DNA of 64,000 nucleotides, taken from a virus. Under the pieces are notes generated by a model. It did no database searches and had not been told where the DNA came from. It worked only from the letters and a program-made list of their open reading frames with translations. The stretch's first letter is position 1, and each line of letters starts with the position of its first letter. Shown piece after piece: positions 20,184 to 29,569 of this stretch. Both the position numbers and the translations under genes were made by a program. The stretch is from IMG/VR virus record IMGVR_UViG_3300040770_000151, one strand, 5' to 3'.

Positions 20184-21398
20184 TTAAAATATAAATGGAT
20201 TAATAGTTTTTTGTTTTTTGTAGTAATTTAAAGTTACAAAGCTAGATGATGTATTTTTAAAATTTGTTTTTACCCAATCGCTGGGAGGACTAAAAGCACC
20301 AAAGTTTTGATATTCAAAAGAACTTGATGAAGTCCAATCAAAAAGTAGTTGATGACTATCTCCTTTGCTAAATTCTATTTCGTATTGATGTAATTTGTAT
20401 TCGTCAATATAATTCTTAATTTTTTCAATTTGAATAGGGTCTAGTTTAGGTTTAAATCCAAACTTTAAAGATTTATCATCTTTTCCGTGAGTCAGGATAA
20501 AACATTTATTATCAATTATGTAGTGGTCAATAAACTTTCTTTGATTAATTACCGTAACATCACCAGGATAACGTAAAGTAATATAAGTTTTAAAAGCTGA
20601 ATTAACAATGTAGGTAAATGAGCCACCATGATTATCATTACAAATATTTACGCATTCAATGTCATCATAATATTTAATAAATTCGTCAATCATTGCTGTT
20701 TTAAACTTTAAAGCAACATCAAATGCTTTTTGGTTATCCATATTTTGTGGTAACTTATGACCTCCACGCGTTGTAAAACCATCATAACCATCCATTAAAT
20801 CTCCTAAATCGTGAATTAATAATTTATTAGATTTTTGATTTTTTATAGTTTCTTCAACTAAAATTGACAATCTTGCAAATATTTCTTCCTCATTCCAAGA
20901 ACCATCGTATAAGCTATATCCATTTTGATTTACTTCCATACCCACGTGAATATCAGTAATCACTAATCTATCAAATAGACAACCTTGTAATTTTGGTGAA
21001 CTTAATTTTTTTACCGTTATAGGAGTAATTAATTCTTTAAAAATATTTGTAAAATCAATTTCTTTTTGTATCTCAATCTCCTTTATAGGCTCGGTTATTA
21101 CCCATTGTTGTTGAGTAGAAACATTTGTACTAACTCTTTTAATTTGATGGTTGTTTGGAATGCTTATTAACTCATTTGGCGTTAGTTTTTCTACTTTAGA
21201 TATAACTTGACCATCTTTGTCAATTGTTCGCTTAATCTCTTTAAAATTAACTAAATGGTGATTTCGTATTTTTTGAACTTGCAATAGTTGTTCTTCGTTT
21301 ATCCAATATTTAGCAGTTCCGCTTTTATCTACTTTATTTAAATTTAAACCAAGTGCAATTGCTTCGTGCTGCTTTAGTCTTTTGCGTGTTTTTTTCAT
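20184..21398 (-). CDS. Calcineurin-like metallophosphoesterase
   Basis: DIHVG, GDLMDG, NDNH, THG, GDSH. Confidence 0.75.
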   Translation of the reverse strand: MKKTRKRLKQHEAIALGLNLNKVDKSGTAKYWINEEQLLQVQKIRNHHLVNFKEIKRTIDKDGQVISKVEKLTPNELISIPNNHQIKRVSTNVSTQQQWVITEPIKEIEIQKEIDFTNIFKELITPITVKKLSSPKLQGCLFDRLVITDIHVGMEVNQNGYSLYDGSWNEEEIFARLSILVEETIKNQKSNKLLIHDLGDLMDGYDGFTTRGGHKLPQNMDNQKAFDVALKFKTAMIDEFIKYYDDIECVNICNDNHGGSFTYIVNSAFKTYITLRYPGDVTVINQRKFIDHYIIDNKCFILTHGKDDKSLKFGFKPKLDPIQIEKIKNYIDEYKLHQYEIEFSKGDSHQLLFDWTSSSSFEYQNFGAFSPPSDWVKTNFKNTSSSFVTLNYYKKQKTINPFIF

Positions 21399-21682
21399 AG
21401 TCTTTTAAATTCTATTCCGTTATTTAGTTTTTCAATCATTTGATCGCTATAAAATCCATTTTCATCACGACATAACTTTACGCTATCGTATATTTTACCA
21501 TCTGAAATTCGCATCACTTTTAAACCGCTTTTAACTTTTCTTTTTTTTATTTTTAAATCATCTGATTCTAGTAGTTGTCTAAAGAAAAAGTTATCTTCTT
21601 CTGTCCAAATTGATTTATCCCAAAGATAACAATCGGGATGTTTAATCATTTTTTCACGTATTAAGTTAGGATTTGGTTTCAT
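21395..21682 (-). CDS. NUMOD1-like DNA-binding protein (paralog 54184)
   Basis: KVMRISDGKIYDSVK motif. Confidence 0.6.
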   Translation of the reverse strand: MKPNPNLIREKMIKHPDCYLWDKSIWTEEDNFFFRQLLESDDLKIKKRKVKSGLKVMRISDGKIYDSVKLCRDENGFYSDQMIEKLNNGIEFKRL

Positions 21683-22124
21683 CTTTTAAAAATATTCCGT
21701 TAATTGTATTACCAGTTCTATCTTTAATTTCGTTCCAAGCTAAATTTGCGCATTCTGTTAGGTCGTAATCTAGTTTTTTACAAGCATCATTTAATAATTC
21801 AATAGTGTAAAACAAATCTAAGTCATCAAATCCATATTCTAAAATTGCAAATAGAATATTATCAATGTCATTTTTATTTTCTCTTTTACTAAATACTAAT
21901 TCTACATTTGTTTCAACTTGCTCTGCTAGTATAACCAACACTACAAATATATCGCCTAATCCATCTTTAATTTCTTTTACATCGTTTTTTAGAATTGCTC
22001 TTGAAGTTTCTCCAACTTCTTCAAGTAGTTTTAAACGTTGTTTTGGTGCGTTGTCTTGGTTAATTAAATCTTTAGCTTTTGCCCAATCAATGATTTTTTT
22101 TTGTAACTCATTTAGTTTTTTCAT
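21666..22124 (-). CDS. MazG-like nucleotide pyrophosphohydrolase (start revised to MKKLNEL)
   Basis: KLLEEVGE...DGLGD motif; AWNEIKDR. Confidence 0.8.
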   Translation of the reverse strand: MKKLNELQKKIIDWAKAKDLINQDNAPKQRLKLLEEVGETSRAILKNDVKEIKDGLGDIFVVLVILAEQVETNVELVFSKRENKNDIDNILFAILEYGFDDLDLFYTIELLNDACKKLDYDLTECANLAWNEIKDRTGNTINGIFLKDETKS

Positions 22125-22480
22125 AATTCTTTTTTTAAACGTTGTATGTAAATTGTTGCATCCATTAACTCTTCTTGTAAGTGATTTAACCATCCTAACA
22201 AGTCAATATCTTTTCTTTCGGTATTAGTACCGTATTTATTAAAACCTATCTCTGAACGTTGTTTAAATGATTCTATCACTTCATTTACGTTTTGGTCTTG
22301 TGTTATATTTCCTTTATTATTGTGAAAATTATACCAAAATTGGTAACCTTCTTTTGTTTTTCCCCATTCAAAAGCTTGAGATAAATATTTAGTATCTTTA
22401 ATTGATGCTTTATTAGTACATTCTTTTTGTCTTAATAATGCTAATTCTCTTATTTCTGGTGGTAATTCGCTTATTTTCAT
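22121..22480 (-). CDS. MKISELP module fused to dNTP-pyrophosphatase-like domain
   Basis: G..KYGT...W..HLQEELMDA..Y C-terminal motif. Confidence 0.55.
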   Translation of the reverse strand: MKISELPPEIRELALLRQKECTNKASIKDTKYLSQAFEWGKTKEGYQFWYNFHNNKGNITQDQNVNEVIESFKQRSEIGFNKYGTNTERKDIDLLGWLNHLQEELMDATIYIQRLKKEL

Positions 22481-22815
22481 AAATAATTAATTTTAGATTC
22501 AACAATTATACAATTAGTTTCATTATATTCTCTTATGCAATCATAAGATAGTTTTGTACTTATTCTTAATATTTCAGATATTTTACGACCTATTAAACCA
22601 CTTTGATACAATTCAATTATTTGTATTTTTCTGGAATGGATTTTGTAGTTAATTGGTTTGTGGTCTAGTATTTTATAAACTTGATTTTGATCAAAAAAAG
22701 CTATTCCGTTTCTACCTCGATGATTTTTATTCATTCCAAGATAAGACACCCTTTTATAAAGTATTGTTTTTTTAATTCCGTACTTTTTTTCTATATCTTC
22801 ATAAGTGTATTTCAT
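22477..22815 (-). CDS. HTH-like hypothetical protein (partial paralog 55431)
   Basis: Shared IIVESKINYL / ITLQSKMNYL end. Confidence 0.5.
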   Translation of the reverse strand: MKYTYEDIEKKYGIKKTILYKRVSYLGMNKNHRGRNGIAFFDQNQVYKILDHKPINYKIHSRKIQIIELYQSGLIGRKISEILRISTKLSYDCIREYNETNCIIVESKINYL

Positions 22816-22862
22816 AATTTTTTATTTAAAACCGCCTAAATTAATAGGCGGTTAGTTTAGTT

Positions 22863-23231
22863 CTAAAATGGTAAATCGTCATCTGATTCAACTTCTATTT
22901 CAACTGCACCAGAATTATCATTACTATTTGCTTTTTGAAATACTTTTAAATTTCCAAAATAAGGCAGTTTAATTTCTTTTGCAGTATCAGCACCTAGTTT
23001 CTTATAAATTTCACTAGGTAATTTTTGAACTTGAAAACCCCAATTACCGTTAGTATCTTCGCTATCCATTGTCACAATATCAGTTTGCATATAAACAGCA
23101 TCATATTTATGTGTTAGATAGTTGTCATCTATTGGAATAACTAAGCATTTTTGACCGCTTTTAGCATTGATAATAGAATGTTTCAATTTTGTAAGTGATA
23201 CGCTAATTGCGTAAGATTGTAATTTTGCCAT
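22863..23231 (-). CDS. Probable single-stranded DNA-binding protein
   Basis: Acidic DDDLPF tail; recombination module context. Confidence 0.6.
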   Translation of the reverse strand: MAKLQSYAISVSLTKLKHSIINAKSGQKCLVIPIDDNYLTHKYDAVYMQTDIVTMDSEDTNGNWGFQVQKLPSEIYKKLGADTAKEIKLPYFGNLKVFQKANSNDNSGAVEIEVESDDDLPF

Positions 23232-23243
23232 TGTGTTTTTTAT

Positions 23244-23693
23244 TTAAAATTTAATTGTTATACTTGATTTTCTAGGTGTTGTTGATACTTTTGGTACTTC
23301 ATTGCCGTATGTATCCAAAACTTCTTGTTTTTGCGCTAATTTTAGCAACTCTACTCTATCATCCAAATCCTTTTTTAATTCGCAATAAATCGGATCATCT
23401 GAATAGTTAACCGTGTTACCACCGTTAACTGGATTGAACTCTACGCCTAAAACAGTTTGTTTAGGTTCGTCAATAATATGATTCCTAAAAGTTGTAACTG
23501 CTGAACTAACAACTTGCTCTAAACGAACTAAATTAGCTAGTAATTCCATCGGTTCAACTTCACCATCTTCTAATGCGTTTTTAACTAGGTTTTCACCTGT
23601 TTTAATAGCATCTTTTTTTGTGAATGTGCTATCATAAAGAGCGGTCATTTGATCGGATCTTAATTCTAAAAAATTTTCTCTATTTGATATCAT
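23244..23693 (-). CDS. Conserved phage hypothetical protein
   Basis: ORF track; recombination cluster. Confidence 0.55.
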   Translation of the reverse strand: MISNRENFLELRSDQMTALYDSTFTKKDAIKTGENLVKNALEDGEVEPMELLANLVRLEQVVSSAVTTFRNHIIDEPKQTVLGVEFNPVNGGNTVNYSDDPIYCELKKDLDDRVELLKLAQKQEVLDTYGNEVPKVSTTPRKSSITIKF

Positions 23694-24361
23694 AATATTC
23701 TTAATTGCTTTTCTATTAATTTATTGCTTTTACTTAAATTGTCTTTTACAAATAATGGTTGAAAATTAGTGTAGTGATTTAGTTCTAAAACTTCTTTTTC
23801 TGTAGTAGCTGTTGATATAGGTTTAATATGATCTAAATGAATATTGTCCCATTTCATTCCGTTTTTAAATTGGCTTTCTATATATTCTTTAAAAAACAAA
23901 AAGTCACAGCCTAAAATATGAAATGTTCGACTTCTTTTTGTATACCCATTTTTTTTTATAGATTTTCTTATTAAATCAGATATTCTTGCTTTTGATTTTC
24001 TTAAACTACATTCACTATCTTTTTTCTTTTTCAAAAGATTGTTTTTTCTATTTATATATTTTTTATTTTTTTCATAATATTTTTTATTATTAGCTAATAA
24101 TTTATCTTTATTTTTTTTATAATAAATTTTTCTTTTTTCTTTTAATAATTCTTTATTTTTTATTATGTATTCTTTTTTATAATTAGGATTGTCTGTTTTA
24201 TTAATTCTTTTCGGTTTAGTTGAATTTAAAAAAACAGATCTTTTTCTAACTAAATTTTTGAAGCAAGTCTTACAAGAATAATTTAATAAATATTTCGACC
24301 TTGGGTTCTTGTAAAACTCACTTTCTAATTTTTCTAATTTACATTTTGAACAAGTTTTCAT
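23690..24361 (-). CDS. HNH-type homing endonuclease with N-terminal Zn finger
   Basis: CSKC..CKTC; LGC...; HLDHIKP...NHYTNFQPL...NLSK. Confidence 0.8.
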   Translation of the reverse strand: MKTCSKCKLEKLESEFYKNPRSKYLLNYSCKTCFKNLVRKRSVFLNSTKPKRINKTDNPNYKKEYIIKNKELLKEKRKIYYKKNKDKLLANNKKYYEKNKKYINRKNNLLKKKKDSECSLRKSKARISDLIRKSIKKNGYTKRSRTFHILGCDFLFFKEYIESQFKNGMKWDNIHLDHIKPISTATTEKEVLELNHYTNFQPLFVKDNLSKSNKLIEKQLRIL

Positions 24362-24423
24362 TTGTTTTTTTTGTAAATATAGTGATTAATTTTTAATTAC
24401 AAAAATAAAATCTTTACTCATAA

Positions 24424-25101
24424 TTATATATTTCTTAACTCGACGAGTTTATCTTCTAAATCTAATAATTGTACTTGTGTAGCATCTAGTTTTCCTTCTT
24501 CTATAAGATTTAAATACTTTTCAATATTCTCACCGCCTGAATCTAAAAGTTTAGCCATTTGCTTATCGTTTAAAGTTGGAATTGGCTTAGCTTCTATAAT
24601 TTCAACGTGTGTAACTTCAATTGTTTGTTCTGGCATTTCCTCAGGAACGTAAACAGGACCAGCAAAGACATCAGGACAAAACCATTTCACACCATTAGAA
24701 ATAGCACGTGCAAAAAGCATATTTTTAGGGAATTTATCAATATTCTTTGTACCTGCTTTTTTAGCTTCTTCAATAGTAAAAGTACTATTTCCAATATTCT
24801 CACTACCTTGAAAGAAATCAATAGAACATATTTTTTCGCTCATTTCTTTAACCTTGTAATCATATTTACCACTACCTTTTACAGCACTTGCAATAACTCC
24901 AGCACCTAGAGTTGGTTTGCCTTGTATAATATGTATACCGCTCATACTTGCAAATGGTGGTAATCCAATTTCTTGACCTGCTTGTATTTTAACAAACGCT
25001 TGTACTGCTTGTTTTGCATCTGTAAACATTCCACTTTCCGCAAAGTTTTTAGCCATAATCATAATGTCGTTTACTGGCATTGTTGTAATTTCGTTTTTCA
25101 T
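24424..25101 (-). CDS. RecT-like ssDNA-annealing protein
   Basis: IQAGQEIGL.P..SM..IH.IQGKP; MLFARA...FCPDV. Confidence 0.7.
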   Translation of the reverse strand: MKNEITTMPVNDIMIMAKNFAESGMFTDAKQAVQAFVKIQAGQEIGLPPFASMSGIHIIQGKPTLGAGVIASAVKGSGKYDYKVKEMSEKICSIDFFQGSENIGNSTFTIEEAKKAGTKNIDKFPKNMLFARAISNGVKWFCPDVFAGPVYVPEEMPEQTIEVTHVEIIEAKPIPTLNDKQMAKLLDSGGENIEKYLNLIEEGKLDATQVQLLDLEDKLVELRNI

Positions 25102-25106
25102 AATTT

Positions 25107-25361
25107 CTATAAGTATTGGTTTAAAATTTCAATTCTTAACAAGTTTTGGTCGTGTTCTATTTTGCCAAATGTTTGAACATATTGTTCAATAGATGATAAT
25201 TGTTTTAATTGCCAAATCTTGTAATTAAGTCTTTCAGTTTGTGATTTAACTTGATCTTTTAGTATTTCAAGTTCATCAATTACTATTGGTTCGTTTACTT
25301 CAATTTCGTTTGCTGGGTGCATACTGTTGTTTAATCCTAAATAATATTCGTCGTAATTCAT
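25107..25361 (-). CDS. First leftward early gene (paralog 57275)
   Basis: MNYD.YYLG.NNSMHPANEIEV shared. Confidence 0.7.
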   Translation of the reverse strand: MNYDEYYLGLNNSMHPANEIEVNEPIVIDELEILKDQVKSQTERLNYKIWQLKQLSSIEQYVQTFGKIEHDQNLLRIEILNQYL

Positions 25362-25389
25362 AATTTTGTGTTTTAAATGATTAATATTT

Positions 25390-25480
25390 TTGACAAAGAT
25401 AAAGCTAACTTCGACAAAAACAAGTTAAAAAAATGTTAAAATTTAAAAGTAATGTATAAATATATTATCTTTGACAAAAA
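25390..25480. promoter_or_regulatory. Divergent promoter pair, unit A
   Basis: Bacteroidota -7 boxes TATCTTTG at 25395-25402 (minus) and 25466-25473 (plus); TT(T/C)GACAAA repeats. Confidence 0.75.
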
Positions 25481-25495
25481 ATAAAACATAACATT

Positions 25496-25789
25496 ATGAA
25501 CAAAGCATTTACAAAGTCAAAAGAATTAATACTTGACGAACATTACAAAATAATTTCAGATAGTGATAATGGTGTTGTTCTAGTTTTTCAAACAACTAGA
25601 GTTAATAAAAAAGATGAAACAGTACCACACGAGGAACTAATGTATTATCCAAGAATAGCACAAGCATTAAGACATTATTCTAATATGGTAATTAATAACT
25701 CTGAAAGTTTAGATGATTGTATTTATAAATCAGAATCGGTTTATAACTTAATAAAAAGACTAGACAAAGAATTTAAACAGTTTAATTAG
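25496..25789 (+). CDS. First rightward early gene (paralog 57659)
   Basis: Highly similar duplicate in unit B. Confidence 0.75.
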   Translation: MNKAFTKSKELILDEHYKIISDSDNGVVLVFQTTRVNKKDETVPHEELMYYPRIAQALRHYSNMVINNSESLDDCIYKSESVYNLIKRLDKEFKQFN

Positions 25790-25897
25790 TAATTATGATA
25801 AGACCAATATTTTTATTACTAACAATATTTTTAGTAATATATCAAGATAAAATAACGCTATGTATGTGGCTTATTGGATTAGTAGGGTATTTAAGTT

Positions 25898-26098
25898 ATG
25901 AATTTAAGAAGTAAGATTATGAAAACTAAACAACACAAATTAATTAACGGTAGATGGGTAATTAAAAACATTTACGATGCATTACAAGCTAGTTCATTTG
26001 ATATTTATATAAATACTCATAGAAAACTAGAAACGCCCGTATTAAGGTATAAAATAACAAAAGAACATAACTATAAATTTAAATTTGAAAAAAGATGA
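25898..26098 (+). CDS. Hypothetical protein (paralog 57958)
   Basis: KTK.HK..NG.W.IKNIYDALQAS shared. Confidence 0.65.
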   Translation: MNLRSKIMKTKQHKLINGRWVIKNIYDALQASSFDIYINTHRKLETPVLRYKITKEHNYKFKFEKR

Positions 26099-26484
26099 TA
26101 AAATCAAATGAACTTCGAATAAGCAACTACATTCTAAGAAATGGATTGCCTTGTACAGTTGAAATAATTAATGGAGAAACTTCAGAAATTCACTTCTTAG
26201 GAAAAGACTTTTATTTCAGTGATTTTGACGAAAACTTAGAAGCAATCCCACTTACAGAAGAATGGTTGCTAAAGTTTGGGTTTACATCGGACAATTTTTA
26301 CGATGATTATAAATTAGATAATTTTACTATTTCTTCATCTGTACGAATAATATCAACTAATGTAAGAAGTTGTTTTCATACATCTTTTTTAGGCGAATAT
26401 TTTGATGTTAAAATAGACTTTGTGCATCAACTACAAAATCTATATTTTTCTTTAACCAACAACGAATTAAATATACAATTATGA
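26095..26484 (+). CDS. Hypothetical phage protein (related to 52123)
   Basis: ELRI.NY...IPL.EE.L.K.GF...HQLQNLYF shared. Confidence 0.7.
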   Translation: MIKSNELRISNYILRNGLPCTVEIINGETSEIHFLGKDFYFSDFDENLEAIPLTEEWLLKFGFTSDNFYDDYKLDNFTISSSVRIISTNVRSCFHTSFLGEYFDVKIDFVHQLQNLYFSLTNNELNIQL

Positions 26485-26729
26485 TTACAGAACAATTAAT
26501 ACCACTTTTAAAGAACAAAAGAGAAAATTTAAAAGGAACTACACTACCAACGGTTAAACTATGGGAATCTGGTACACGATCACCATTATTAAAAAACGTA
26601 GACCAAATATGTAAATTAAACGATATTAAAGTTTTAGTTTATGATGGTAATTTAGATACTTTGATAAATTTTGCTCATAAAGTAGCTAAAGAACAAGGAT
26701 TAAAAATGGTACTTAATTTTGAGGTTTAA
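26481..26729 (+). CDS. XRE-like HTH regulator (paralog 58436)
   Basis: TLPTVKLWESGTRSPLLKNVDQIC. Confidence 0.7.
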   Translation: MITEQLIPLLKNKRENLKGTTLPTVKLWESGTRSPLLKNVDQICKLNDIKVLVYDGNLDTLINFAHKVAKEQGLKMVLNFEV

Positions 26730-26782
26730 TAACACAAAATAATAACAACAAATAAGAACTAATCTTTAAATTAAAAAAAAAG

Positions 26783-26998
26783 ATGAAAAAAGAAACACAA
26801 ATACCGCAATTGCTTGAAGATTCTGTTAGTGGAATTGCTTATTTAGCTTTTATGAGGATTGATTATGAAGGAATTTACGAATCATCTATGAATTTATTTA
26901 ATAATAAAAAAGATGCTGAAAAACATTTAGACGAATTAAAAGAGTTACACGGCACTTGGTCTAATACTTATGAGGTCGTTGAGATGCATTGCCAATAA
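26783..26998 (+). CDS. Cassette ORF A1 (starts inside a half element)
   Basis: GTT crossover at 26825 is codon 15 (Val); stop overlaps TAAC. Confidence 0.7.
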   Translation: MKKETQIPQLLEDSVSGIAYLAFMRIDYEGIYESSMNLFNNKKDAEKHLDELKELHGTWSNTYEVVEMHCQ

Positions 26999-27087
26999 CG
27001 TTTTGCAGATAGGCGATGTAAAAGCCTTGTAGGATGTTGAATATTAGTAGTAAATTTGATGGCTTTTATATTGCCTATGTGCTTTTA
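26996..27087 (+). repeat. attC-like hairpin site A1 (core G mutated to T at 27084)
   Basis: gcagataggcgatgtaaaagcc / ggcttttatattgcctatgtgc arms. Confidence 0.7.
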
Positions 27088-27102
27088 TAAGCCGTTAATT
27101 TT

Positions 27103-27175
27103 GGAAACGTAGCAAAGATGGTCTATGCGGAGGACTGAAAATCCTTAGATGTTGGTTCGATACCAACCGTTTCCA
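27103..27175 (+). tRNA. trnF: tRNA-Phe (GAA)
   Basis: Acceptor GGAAACG/CGTTTCC-A, anticodon arm GAGGA-CTGAAAA-TCCTT, T arm GTTGG-TTCGATA-CCAAC; no encoded CCA. Confidence 0.9.
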
Positions 27176-27289
27176 CGAATGCAGTTCGATTCTGCTCGTT
27201 GACCGAGATTATGGTAAAGTCCGATGCGTGGTTCAATTCCACCGTTACGAAAGTAAACTGGGTAAACGGAGGTCTTTTTTAATAGCTTA

Positions 27290-27415
27290 TAACGTCCTGC
27301 CGCTTGGCGATGTTAGCGATAAGTAAGCCAAATATTCGAGTACTCACGAATAAAAACAGGTACAAAACCATTTATTAATTGAGCCTGATGCGCTAATCTT
27401 GCCAAACGGCTGTTA
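27290..27415 (+). repeat. attC-like hairpin site A2 (126 nt)
   Basis: TAAC-gtcct-gccgcttggcgatgttagcg...cgctaatcttgccaaacggc-t-GTTA. Confidence 0.8.
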
Positions 27416-27430
27416 TAACTCGTTTTTCTT

Positions 27431-27652
27431 ATGGAAACATTTACAAGTCTTGAAAACAGATTGCAAGTATTATCTAAATCTTTAAAAAGTTTAAAAAAAA
27501 TTGAAGCAGATAATAAAAAAGCATATGATATTATTTATGAAAAATTAATAAATTCACAAACAGATGTGAGACAAAAAGAGATTGAAATAGAGCCTTTAAA
27601 AAACTCACTTAAAGACTTATATTCTAAAAAATTAGATATTTTAACTCGGTAG
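27431..27652 (+). CDS. Cassette ORF A3 (coiled coil)
   Basis: Bracketed by GTTATAACTC ... GAGTTATAAC. Confidence 0.7.
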   Translation: METFTSLENRLQVLSKSLKSLKKIEADNKKAYDIIYEKLINSQTDVRQKEIEIEPLKNSLKDLYSKKLDILTR

Positions 27653-27665
27653 CCAAAATGAGTTA

Positions 27666-27792
27666 TAACGTTTTGTAGCTTGTTTCAGTGGCGTGCAAGT
27701 AAGCGAGTATTTTCGGTTTAAAAACTATAATAACAGAGAAGCCAAATCATTAAATTAAACACGATACCAGCCATTGCTACAAACTACTGTTA
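27666..27792 (+). repeat. attC-like hairpin site A3 (127 nt)
   Basis: TAAC-gtttt-gtagcttgtttcagtggc...gccattgctacaaactac-t-GTTA. Confidence 0.8.
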
Positions 27793-27825
27793 TGTTTAGT
27801 GTCGGGTTATTAAAACTAAATTATT

Positions 27826-28017
27826 ATGTGTAGTAGATACTGCGAAGATTGTGGATGTGGCAAATCAAATGGAATTTGCACAAATTGTAACGAAGAACTT
27901 TACATTATGGATTATCAATATCCTGAAATGGACGAAGAAATTGATTTTAGCGATGAGTTTGTTGAAAAGGTAAATGAGCAAAGAGAACGTCTGCATAAAA
28001 ATAAATGTAGCCATTAA
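27826..28017 (+). CDS. Cassette ORF A4 (CxxC Zn-ribbon-like)
   Basis: CEDC..C.NC; bracketed by GTTATGTTTAGTG ... CATTAAACATAAC. Confidence 0.7.
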   Translation: MCSRYCEDCGCGKSNGICTNCNEELYIMDYQYPEMDEEIDFSDEFVEKVNEQRERLHKNKCSH

Positions 28018-28020
28018 ACA

Positions 28021-28093
28021 TAACGTTCCGCAGCTACACGATGCCAGCCTATGCGGTTGCGTTGATTCGGCTGGTATTGTGTAACTGCTGTTA
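28021..28093 (+). repeat. attC-like hairpin site A4 (73 nt)
   Basis: TAAC-gttcc-gcagctacacgatgccagcc...ggctggtattgtgtaactgc-t-GTTA. Confidence 0.8.
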
Positions 28094-28289
28094 TGGCTTC
28101 GTTCTTTTTTAAACTAACAAAAAATAACAACTTGTAAAAAAATAATTAATTGTAATACGGGTAAAATTATAAAATGCACAAAAAACGGAGGTAGTTTAGG
28201 TTACTACATTAACTCCGTTTTCTTTAAAAAATATGATATTAATAATTTCATTGAAGTGATACCGAAATCAAAATATCCTTTTTAAAACT

Positions 28290-28318
28290 AAAAACGCTCC
28301 AATTAAGAGCGTTTTTTT
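28290..28318. terminator. Bidirectional terminator between early operon A and lysis genes
   Basis: aaaaacgctc-caattaa-gagcgttttttt. Confidence 0.8.
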
Positions 28319-28464
28319 ATTTTAATACCTAATTCATTCTTTACTTTATTTAATCTCTTAATCCACCTTAAAACACGCCCTACAAGTGTAGTTGGTGGTT
28401 TATCGCTTATTAACTCTGTTGCAACATCTATTATAATGTTTGGGTCAATTTGTTCTTGTTTCAT
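28303..28464 (-). CDS. Small basic amphipathic lysis-associated protein (53 aa; paralog 63065)
   Basis: Manual ORF MKQEQIDPNIIIDVATELISDKPPTTLVGRVLRWIKRLNK...; conserved in both lysis modules. Confidence 0.6.
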   Translation of the reverse strand: MKQEQIDPNIIIDVATELISDKPPTTLVGRVLRWIKRLNKVKNELGIKIKKRS

Positions 28465-28470
28465 ATCTAT

Positions 28471-28935
28471 TTAATTTTTAATTTCAAAATGCATTGCATC
28501 GTATCCCTTTTCTTTACCTAACGAAATAAATCCGTGTTTGTAAAAAATATCTATCATAGCCTTATACTCAGGTTTTGAGAATTGAGCATTTTTCCAAGTT
28601 GTTTTTAATGCATTTTTTTCAGGCGAAAGATCAATTGCAATTCCCCAACTATGTTTACTCGGTTGCGTTCCTCCACGCATAGCACGAAAATTAAAACAAC
28701 CTCCAAATAAGTCAATTCCTAATTCAAATATTTTTTGGTAACCGTAATGTGCTAAAATATCAGTAAAAACACTTGACAATTGATTGTGTATTAATTTGTG
28801 ACATTGCATTTTATTTACTTTTACGTTTTTATCCCAAGACAAACGCATTGGATAAGGTAAGTTTAAAGTAGTCAAGTAATTTGGGTTCTTACTAGGAATG
28901 CCATATTTCGCTATTGCTTGATCGGTTGTTATCAT
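28471..28935 (-). CDS. Endolysin, peptidase M15 family
   Basis: FGGCFNFR...SKHSWGIAID...DAMHFE. Confidence 0.88.
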   Translation of the reverse strand: MITTDQAIAKYGIPSKNPNYLTTLNLPYPMRLSWDKNVKVNKMQCHKLIHNQLSSVFTDILAHYGYQKIFELGIDLFGGCFNFRAMRGGTQPSKHSWGIAIDLSPEKNALKTTWKNAQFSKPEYKAMIDIFYKHGFISLGKEKGYDAMHFEIKN

Positions 28936-28938
28936 AAT

Positions 28939-29256
28939 TTATATTTTTGTTGATTCACTTATTACCATAAACATTAAACTAATTAAAGCGGTTATTAATA
29001 AGCCTGCAATAAATTTACCTGCTCTCATATGTTCTTTTAATAAAATATTTTCATCTTCTATTATTTCAACTTTTGTGTTTAGCTTGTCAAGTAGTTGAAT
29101 AAGTCCTTTATTACCGTTTATATTACTGCCAGCTAATGCTATTTTAACCTCTTGCATAAAATCTTTAACTTCGGTCATATCTTTCTTATATATCCTAAAA
29201 TGATGCTCTAAACGCTCAACATTTAGCTTGATTTCTGTAATGTCTTTTTGTTCCAT
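28939..29256 (-). CDS. Lysis-module protein with C-terminal TM helix (paralog 63680)
   Basis: Coiled coil plus TM; near-identical duplicate. Confidence 0.7.
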   Translation of the reverse strand: MEQKDITEIKLNVERLEHHFRIYKKDMTEVKDFMQEVKIALAGSNINGNKGLIQLLDKLNTKVEIIEDENILLKEHMRAGKFIAGLLITALISLMFMVISESTKI

Positions 29257-29569
29257 CAGTTATAAAAATTTGAGCATATATTGTTAAAAGTATCAATGTT
29301 GAATAAATAAAATAATACGTATCGTTTGTTATATGTTTGTATAATAATTGCAATGACAAAACGCTAATAATACATATAACAAAAATAACTTTTTTTATTG
29401 AATACTTTTGAATATTAAAAGTAAAATGAATAATTGAAAATACAATAAAAGGAATGTCTATTAAATTTATAATTTCAAAGTTGCTTAAATAAAAATCAGT
29501 GTCAACTAAAAAAAATATAAAAACCCACCATAAAAAAATAAAATATGGTAGGTTTAAAATTAATCTCAT
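29216..29569 (-). CDS. Multi-pass membrane protein
   Basis: Several hydrophobic segments. Confidence 0.55.
   Translation of the reverse strand: MRLILNLPYFIFLWWVFIFFLVDTDFYLSNFEIINLIDIPFIVFSIIHFTFNIQKYSIKKVIFVICIISVLSLQLLYKHITNDTYYFIYSTLILLTIYAQIFITDGTKRHYRNQAKC

Larger units (their letters stand above)
1..28320. mobile_element. Phage genome unit A (HK97-type siphovirus; left end truncated by window)
   Basis: TerS/TerL/portal/protease/MCP/connector/tail/TMP on minus strand, replication genes, divergent early region ending at terminator 28290-28318. Confidence 0.9.

Noticed and set aside
11763-27254. Shared TTACGAAAGT in the terL insert and the tRNA-cassette RNA
   Set aside because: A 10-nt GNRA hairpin motif can recur by convergence; there is no further homology.
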